Below are positions 57,666 to 64,000 of a DNA stretch of 64,000 nucleotides, piece by piece. The notes beneath the pieces are model-generated. The model ran no database searches. It was not told the DNA's origin and saw only the letters and a list, made by a program, of their open reading frames with translations. Numbering within the stretch: position 1 is the first letter of the stretch; each line of letters starts with the position of its first letter. The DNA lies in the sequence record SRR20825006_1106; one strand, 5' to 3'. The position numbers and the translations under genes were made by a program.

Positions 57666-60119
57666 TTATTTAATCAAGGTCATTTTTTTTGAAAGAACTC
57701 CAGCATCAGTTTTAATCTGATACAAATAAACTCCAGATGACAAGTCGTTTGCATCGAAAGTAAAATTATAAGTTCCACTACTTAGTCTTTCATTAAGTAA
57801 TACCTTTACTTCTCTACCTAATAAATCATACACTTTGAGTTGAACTTTAGATGCTTTAGGCAGGCTAAACGATATATTTGTACTTGGGTTAAAAGGATTA
57901 GGGTAGTTTTGATTTAGAACAAACTCTGAGGGTACTCCTTCGCCTTTAACAATTTCGTTTGAAACTGGGTCTTCGTTCTTCGGGAATACTAAACGAAGGT
58001 TATCCAAGAAAAAACTGCCTTTTTGTAGCACACCCGTTTCTTGTACAGCTGCAATTTTAATACTTAATCCTTTTCCATGTATTGGAAAAAAGAAGTTGGA
58101 TTGTACATCTACGGGTTGTTTGTCTTCAATAAATGCAGGGAAGGCCTCAAAGCTAGATGTATTAACATATTTCTTTATGCGAACATTGAATAGTTCGTCA
58201 TTGTTATCAGAAATTACAGCATCCATCAGATGCTTTTTATTATCTGAGGAAATTACATCTACTACCATCGAGTCAGGGACACCAAAAACTAAAAAATCTT
58301 TTTTAAGGTGAATCCAAATTGAAGGGTCTCCATTAAAAGTATATTCATAGTCTATTCTTAGCGAATGACTGCCTGTTGAAGACAAAGAGTCTGTAATTGA
58401 GAGACTTGAATTACCCAAATCAATATTTTCTCCATCTAAAACCCAGCCATCTAAAGTTTCAAAATCATCTAGAATTATAGCACCTTGCGCAAGTTCTACA
58501 GTAATAGTAGAAGTATCTGCAACTGACTCATGTAGAGCTATAACATCTGTAGTTCCCGGAGCTAATCCTTTAAAAATGCCGTCTTCCGATACATAACCAA
58601 CCTCTGGATTTGTCACAGTCCAATTGATATCAGAATTAGATAAGCTTTGCTTCTTATTATCAAAATCATGTACAACTGTATAGAAGTCGATGGTCCGTGA
58701 AGTATCTGTAGTGGCACTAATTGGGTATAAGTCTAGATCATAGACCGATTTAACAATAACTAAACTAGAGTCCAATAGTCCTTCATATTCCACATAAACA
58801 TATCCTGTATCTGCTGAGTTAGCGGGCGTTAGAAGTCCACTTTCGTTTATGGTTGCATTAAATCCATCACTCACTGAAAAAACAAATTTTTCAGGATCTA
58901 ATTCTATGGGGTAATAGTTATCATCCGCACCCTCTGCACTAAACTGAAAAGTACCCGATTTATATACTTTTGCTAAATTGGGGTATAAACTCACTTTGCT
59001 TAAGTTTCCAATTTTTGCTGCTTTTGATACAATTACTAGGCTGTTTGCAACAGCTCTTTCAAATCCACTACCAGAAGGTCTGTTGGTTACTTCGTTATGC
59101 ACAACCATAGTAGTTGATCCTCCACCATCAAGGTTTAAAGCATTGTATGCCCCAATGGTTAGTAAATAGTCACCCATTTGCTGTAAAGTCATTCCTGCAC
59201 TCCCACTGTATCTTCCATCAACAATCATAAGAAACAGTTTTGATTTATCTTGATTAAAAGCAACAGCTGTTCGAGGGTGTAAATCCGGCCAATTCCCTAC
59301 TTTAACCCCATTTCTAAGAATATGCTGGTCACCACCAACAGCTCCCATTATATTATCAAGTCCCGCTCCTGATAAACCTACGTTTAAAGAAAGCGTATCA
59401 CCTGGTGTGTAAGCATTTAGTGCAGTAGCCATTGTTCCATTACCCGACAGCACATAAGTTGAGTCTGAAAGTGCTGCATTACCAACATTAATAGCTTTAT
59501 CTAAAACAATGGCTTTAATTTCCTTATTTACCGCCCAAGTATCTAATACTTTCAAGGTAACTTCAGTCCCAAACGCATTTGCTCCGGTAGAAGAACCTTT
59601 GAAATGGTTATACAGAACGAGATAATTTTCAGCACGAGCGCCGTTTACATTGCTAATATTAAGCGTTTCTGCGCCATTTTTTACGGAACTTTCAAAAGCT
59701 ACCGTTTCTATGAATAAATCTGCTAAATCGTTAAACCCAAAAAGTGGTCTACTGGTTGTAGATTTTTTAAGAAGCTCACCATTAATTACCTGTGTATGTA
59801 CTGGTCCAGCACCAAAAAAATCGCCATTTATCCCAGCAATTACACGATGCCCTTCATATGTCTTTCTCGTAGTCATTGAACTAACTGTTTCGAGACTAGT
59901 TACATCGTCATTTCCTGCAATGGTCTCTAAACTGATATCCGGATTCGATAAATCCACTTCTACAATTTGAATCTCTAAAGGAACAGAAGCTTCGTGAACG
60001 GTATAGTGAAATACTCCGTCCGCGATTTTTCTAGTATTTAGTGTATCATATACGGCTTGCGCATGTGAATACGTCGCCGATACTAAAATTATTGATAAAA
60101 TTAATAGCAGTTTTTTCAT
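57666..60119 (-). CDS. Phosphodiester glycosidase (NAGPA family) with Ig-like domains and T9SS C-terminal domain
   Basis: GINGDFF, HPRTA, VDGR, ALNLDGGGS, NRPS...ERAVAN; C-terminal LNQNYPNPFNP...KKMTLIK. Confidence 0.85.
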   Translation of the reverse strand: MKKLLLILSIILVSATYSHAQAVYDTLNTRKIADGVFHYTVHEASVPLEIQIVEVDLSNPDISLETIAGNDDVTSLETVSSMTTRKTYEGHRVIAGINGDFFGAGPVHTQVINGELLKKSTTSRPLFGFNDLADLFIETVAFESSVKNGAETLNISNVNGARAENYLVLYNHFKGSSTGANAFGTEVTLKVLDTWAVNKEIKAIVLDKAINVGNAALSDSTYVLSGNGTMATALNAYTPGDTLSLNVGLSGAGLDNIMGAVGGDQHILRNGVKVGNWPDLHPRTAVAFNQDKSKLFLMIVDGRYSGSAGMTLQQMGDYLLTIGAYNALNLDGGGSTTMVVHNEVTNRPSGSGFERAVANSLVIVSKAAKIGNLSKVSLYPNLAKVYKSGTFQFSAEGADDNYYPIELDPEKFVFSVSDGFNATINESGLLTPANSADTGYVYVEYEGLLDSSLVIVKSVYDLDLYPISATTDTSRTIDFYTVVHDFDNKKQSLSNSDINWTVTNPEVGYVSEDGIFKGLAPGTTDVIALHESVADTSTITVELAQGAIILDDFETLDGWVLDGENIDLGNSSLSITDSLSSTGSHSLRIDYEYTFNGDPSIWIHLKKDFLVFGVPDSMVVDVISSDNKKHLMDAVISDNNDELFNVRIKKYVNTSSFEAFPAFIEDKQPVDVQSNFFFPIHGKGLSIKIAAVQETGVLQKGSFFLDNLRLVFPKNEDPVSNEIVKGEGVPSEFVLNQNYPNPFNPSTNISFSLPKASKVQLKVYDLLGREVKVLLNERLSSGTYNFTFDANDLSSGVYLYQIKTDAGVLSKKMTLIK

Positions 60120-60145
60120 AATTCTCTAGTTTAAATTTATAAAAT

Positions 60146-60171
60146 GGTAGCTAATACAAATATTAGCTACC
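60146..60171 (-). terminator. Intergenic hairpin (terminator or mRNA stabiliser)
   Basis: ggtagctaata-caaa-tattagctacc, perfect 11-bp stem. Confidence 0.55.
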
Positions 60172-60186
60172 TGTATAAAACGATAT

Positions 60187-62178
60187 CTATTTGATAAGTG
60201 TAAGTTTTCTTGTTAAAACAACACCACTACTCTTTAATTGATATATATATACCCCTGAGGCAAATGTGGATGCATCAAGATTAAACGAATGCTCACCTTG
60301 TACTAGTTTTGAGTTAACAAGAGTTGCGACATCTCTACCTAGCACATCATACACTTTTAGAGATGCTAGCCCTGTTTTACCAAGATTAAATGAGATTGTA
60401 GTAGTTGGATTAAAAGGATTTGGATAATTCTGATTCAATGAGAAATTATCAGCTATGCTAGTTTCTTCTTCTTTAGAAACCACTACACCTGCATCTTCTG
60501 GATCAGTAGGATCGCTTTCAACTCCATTTCGAGTTACAGATGTAACAATATAGTAATAACGTCCTTCTGAGCCTTTTTCTGTAACGTCAGTAAATGTAGT
60601 TACACCAGTTAATCCAATTCTATTTTCGGGATTACTAATCACTTCATTTGCATCAGGCTCTGCAGAGCTATCTACGCGATAAATTGCATAATTAAGTAAG
60701 GTATCAACTCGTTCTCCTTGCTTTGCTTTTGCTAATGGTAATTCTGCTCTATCCCAAGAAAGGATAAATTTGTTTTCTTGTAAGGCATCCTGAGAAAGCG
60801 CCAAATTTATTGGCGTTTCTGCTTTATTTGTGTCTAACCAACTCATAGTTGGCACAAGAGCTGGCTTTCTATAATAATTGGTGATAAGTGAATCTCGAAT
60901 GCCTTTTGTTGCGTGGGTTGTAATATTCTTCATTCTGAAAAAAGAGGAGCCCTTTATCTCAGGATTATTTCTAGTAAACTGAATTTGCTTTGGTATTTCA
61001 TTCGCATTGAAAAGAGTACTAGAATAGGTAGAGTTATCAGCTCTGTAAAGCCCATGTCCTGAGTAAAAATGGCGGTTACGGCTTACTATTTCTTTTCCCC
61101 ACCAGTTTGCTAGTTTCGCAAAATCTTGTGCCCCACCTAATTTCCAATACAGTTGTGGCATCAAATAATCTACATCTCCGTTTTGTGCCCATTTTAGTGG
61201 ATCGATATATAATTCTTTGTAAGCATCCAAACCTGTAATACCAAAAGGCAATCCATTTCGGTAAATACCAAACGGGCTAATTCCGAATTTTACCCAAGGT
61301 TTTTCTGTTTTTATACTATCATTTACCTGAGTGATAAATATTTCAATATTGTTTCTTCTCCATAGTGTTTTATCTGTAAAACCTCTTGGATTCAATGCGA
61401 AAGAACTATCATCTAGCGTAGAATTAGCTGCTATTTTCATTCCAGTGGAAGGATATGGATAAAAGTAATCGTCAAAATGAACACCATCAATATCATATCT
61501 TCTAACTATATCTGCTACAACACTCGACACATAATCACGCACAGCAGGCAAGCCTGGATCAAATATCGCTATTTTAGCTACACCAGCATCATCCTTCATT
61601 ACCATTAACCATTCGGGATGTTTATTAGAAACGTGCATAGAATCACGCTCAGTAGTTCCTTTAAATTTCTGTGTATTAGCCTCGTAATATTTATTCTGAA
61701 ACGGGATTAAACTTTCGTCCATATCCTCCATTTCAATACTCTGTTTCTGGGTAAAATCGGATGGTATTGAACTAAGAGCTCTGTAAGGATTCATCCAAGC
61801 ATGCATTTCTATTCCTAGTTTATGAGCTTCTTCAACAGCAAACTCTAGAGGGTCCCAATATGGATCTGGAGCTTTACCTTCCGTACCCGTTAAGTATTTT
61901 GACCAAGGTTCATATGGAGAGTCGTACAGCGCATCTCCACTAGTTCTAACCTGAAAATAAATAGTATTTATTCCTGCTTCCTTTAGACTCTGTATCTTCG
62001 CTTTTAAATCACTTTTTTTAACAGACTCGGGTAAGCTACTACCACTTGGCCAATCTAAATTATATACCGTAGTAAGCCATACCGCCCGTACCTCACTATT
62101 TGGGAGCTCTGATTGTGCGAAGCTTAAGGAAGCTCCTAATAAACATATTGTGATAGCTAAGAGGCTTATTCTTTTCAT
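60187..62178 (-). CDS. GHL10 (YddW/DigH-like) glycoside hydrolase with FN3-like and T9SS C-terminal domains
   Basis: EVRAVWLTTV.NLDWP, FQVR, HAWMNPYR, DGVHFDDYFYP, GISPFG, MPQLYW; C-terminal LNQNYPNPFNP. Confidence 0.88.
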   Translation of the reverse strand: MKRISLLAITICLLGASLSFAQSELPNSEVRAVWLTTVYNLDWPSGSSLPESVKKSDLKAKIQSLKEAGINTIYFQVRTSGDALYDSPYEPWSKYLTGTEGKAPDPYWDPLEFAVEEAHKLGIEMHAWMNPYRALSSIPSDFTQKQSIEMEDMDESLIPFQNKYYEANTQKFKGTTERDSMHVSNKHPEWLMVMKDDAGVAKIAIFDPGLPAVRDYVSSVVADIVRRYDIDGVHFDDYFYPYPSTGMKIAANSTLDDSSFALNPRGFTDKTLWRRNNIEIFITQVNDSIKTEKPWVKFGISPFGIYRNGLPFGITGLDAYKELYIDPLKWAQNGDVDYLMPQLYWKLGGAQDFAKLANWWGKEIVSRNRHFYSGHGLYRADNSTYSSTLFNANEIPKQIQFTRNNPEIKGSSFFRMKNITTHATKGIRDSLITNYYRKPALVPTMSWLDTNKAETPINLALSQDALQENKFILSWDRAELPLAKAKQGERVDTLLNYAIYRVDSSAEPDANEVISNPENRIGLTGVTTFTDVTEKGSEGRYYYIVTSVTRNGVESDPTDPEDAGVVVSKEEETSIADNFSLNQNYPNPFNPTTTISFNLGKTGLASLKVYDVLGRDVATLVNSKLVQGEHSFNLDASTFASGVYIYQLKSSGVVLTRKLTLIK

Positions 62179-62193
62179 AATTGAATATTTGTG

Positions 62194-62231
62194 AAAAAAA
62201 AAGGAGCTAATATTTCTATTAACTCCTTTTT
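62194..62231 (-). terminator. Intrinsic terminator between the two GHL10 paralogs
   Basis: aaaaaggag(c)taata...tatta(a)ctccttttt; 9-nt T tract on the minus strand. Confidence 0.65.
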
Positions 62232-62246
62232 AATATGAAATTGATT

Positions 62247-64000
62247 TTATTTTATAAGAGTTAGTTTTCGTGTTAGAACAACACCACTACTCTTTAATTG
62301 GTATATATACACACCAGATGCAAATGTGGATGCATCAAAATTAAAAGTATGCTCACCTTGTGCAAGTCTTGAGTTAACAAGAGTCGCAACTTCTCTACCT
62401 AATACATCATACACCTTAAGAGATGCCAATCCTGTCTTACCAAGTTTGAATGAGATTGCAGTAGTTGGGTTAAAAGGATTTGGATAATTCTGATTTAGTG
62501 AGAAATTATCTGCAATGCTAGTTTCTTCTTCTTTAGAAACTACCACACCTGCATCCTGAGGTTCAGACGGTTCACTTTCAACACCATTACGTGATACAGC
62601 AGTCACAACATAATAAAAACGACCTTCTGAGCCAATTCCTACGATATCAGTAAATGTAGTTTCACCTGTTAACCCAATTCTATTTTCTGGATTACTAATC
62701 ACTTCATTCACATCTGGTTCAGCTTGGCTATCTACACGATATATAGCGTAGTTCAATAAAGTATCAGCATCCGCAGTAGGAATATTCTTAGCAAGTGGAG
62801 AAATAGGACGTTCCCAAGTAAGTGTAAACTTATTTTGTTGAGACTCATCTGGAGTTAAAACAATGCTTGATGGAGTAAAAGGCTCTGTTGTATCCAACCA
62901 ACCCATTGTAGGTACAATAGCCGGCTTTCTATAATAATTTGTTATTAAAGAATCTCTTAACCCTTGAGAATAATAGGTAGTAATATTCTTCATTCTAAAT
63001 ATAGAAGAACCTTGAATATTAGGATTATTTCGAGCGTACTCAAGCTGTCTAGGAATTTCGGTAGCTTTAAAAGAAGTTCCTGAATAAGTACTTTTGTCGG
63101 ATCTGTAAGCGCCATGACCTGTATATAAATGACGATCATATTTAGCTACTTCTCCAGCCCACCAATCTGCTAGTTTTGCAAAATCTTGGCCACCACCAAA
63201 CTGCCAATACAGCTGAGGTAGTAGGTAATCAACATCGCCATTTTCTGCCCATTTAAGAGCATCAATATATAATGTTGTGTATGCATCTAAGCCAGAAATC
63301 CCAAATGGAACTCCATTTCTATGAATACCGAATGGACTAACACCGAATTTAACCCAAGGCTTTGCCGTTTTAATACTGTCATTTAATTGAGCAATAAATA
63401 TCTCTACGTTATCTCTTCTCCAATCATCTTTACTAGTAAATCCTCTAGGTTGTAAAGCAAAAGAACTATCATCTAAAGCATTATTGGCTGAGTTTGCACC
63501 CATATGGTTTGGAGGATAAGGATAGAAGTAATCATCAAAATGGATACCATCAACATCATATCTACTTACGATATCCATAATGATCATAGTAACATAATCT
63601 CTTACTTCTTGTAAACCTGGATCAGTTATAGCAATACTTCCATTAGTCCCAGCATTCATAACCATAATCCATTCTGGATGCTTATTTGCAACATGCATAG
63701 AATCTCTTTCAGTTGTTCCTATTTTAAACTTAGGAGCATTTACATCATATTCTTTACCCAATATTGCTTCAACACTTTCATCAATAGCTACTGCAATTTC
63801 TTTTTGAGTATAATCGGAAGGGATTGATCTCATCGCGCGATAAGGATTTAACCAAGCGTGTAATTCCATACCAAGCTTGTGAGCTTCTTCTACTGCGAAC
63901 GATAATGGATCCCAATATGGATCTGGTGCAACACCTTCTTCACCTGTTAGGTACTTTGACCAAGGCTCATATGGAGAATCATAAAGTGCATCTCCCTCAG
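62247..64000 (-). CDS. Second GHL10 (YddW/DigH-like) hydrolase with T9SS domain; 5' end outside the window
   Basis: Frame stays open past the ORF-track Met (GDALYDSPYEPWSKYLTG...), colinear with the downstream paralog. Confidence 0.88.
   Translation of the reverse strand, partial: EGDALYDSPYEPWSKYLTGEEGVAPDPYWDPLSFAVEEAHKLGMELHAWLNPYRAMRSIPSDYTQKEIAVAIDESVEAILGKEYDVNAPKFKIGTTERDSMHVANKHPEWIMVMNAGTNGSIAITDPGLQEVRDYVTMIIMDIVSRYDVDGIHFDDYFYPYPPNHMGANSANNALDDSSFALQPRGFTSKDDWRRDNVEIFIAQLNDSIKTAKPWVKFGVSPFGIHRNGVPFGISGLDAYTTLYIDALKWAENGDVDYLLPQLYWQFGGGQDFAKLADWWAGEVAKYDRHLYTGHGAYRSDKSTYSGTSFKATEIPRQLEYARNNPNIQGSSIFRMKNITTYYSQGLRDSLITNYYRKPAIVPTMGWLDTTEPFTPSSIVLTPDESQQNKFTLTWERPISPLAKNIPTADADTLLNYAIYRVDSQAEPDVNEVISNPENRIGLTGETTFTDIVGIGSEGRFYYVVTAVSRNGVESEPSEPQDAGVVVSKEEETSIADNFSLNQNYPNPFNPTTAISFKLGKTGLASLKVYDVLGREVATLVNSRLAQGEHTFNFDASTFASGVYIYQLKSSGVVLTRKLTLIK

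Noticed and set aside
845-59970. Numerous 60-113 aa ORFs in the track that lie antisense or frame-shifted within long genes
   Set aside because: Nested inside well-supported CDSs with no recognisable motifs; shadow ORFs.
60187-62560. Near-identical ~300-bp segments as a mobile element or DGR template/variable repeat pair
   Set aside because: Both copies are coding T9SS tails of paralogs, differences are mostly synonymous, and there is no reverse transcriptase or transposase.
63869-64000. ORF-track start at 63869 for the second GHL10
   Set aside because: The frame remains open and homologous to the paralog up to the window edge, so this Met is internal.

Overview
AT-rich bacterial chromosomal window. 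The C-terminal 'LNQNYPNPFNP' T9SS-type sorting domains and the gene content suggest the FCB group, plausibly Balneolota/Rhodothermota (inference from sequence only). The left half is mostly housekeeping and envelope genes (M16 and S9B peptidases, pgm, dprA-obgE, accD, tsaB, pyrC, xseA, pheA), plus a small accessory patch with a yefM-yoeB toxin-antitoxin pair, a D-amino-acid oxidase, a TetR-TolC-HlyD-ABC efflux operon, azurin and an AraC/TonB-dependent receptor pair. Two loci stand out. (1) A co-oriented minus-strand run (about 37.0-43.4 kb) encodes a full PspA/IM30 (ESCRT-III superfamily) protein, an unannotated ORF that aligns by eye to the C-terminal half of that PspA (a truncated paralog), a 2-TM coiled-coil protein, a classical-clade AAA+ ATPase and a small membrane protein. 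This is a candidate ESCRT-III/Vps4-like membrane-remodelling system. (2) A peptidoglycan/amino-sugar scavenging cluster (47.5 kb to the window end) encodes NagB fused to a PIG-L-type deacetylase, an AmpG-like permease, an amidase, NamZ, NagZ, a BadF-type sugar kinase, an HGSNAT-like acetyltransferase, a T9SS-secreted NAGPA-like phosphodiester glycosidase and two tandem T9SS-secreted GHL10/DigH-like hydrolases. I saw no rRNA, tRNA, CRISPR array or transposase. All calls are by manual motif recognition; no searches were run.
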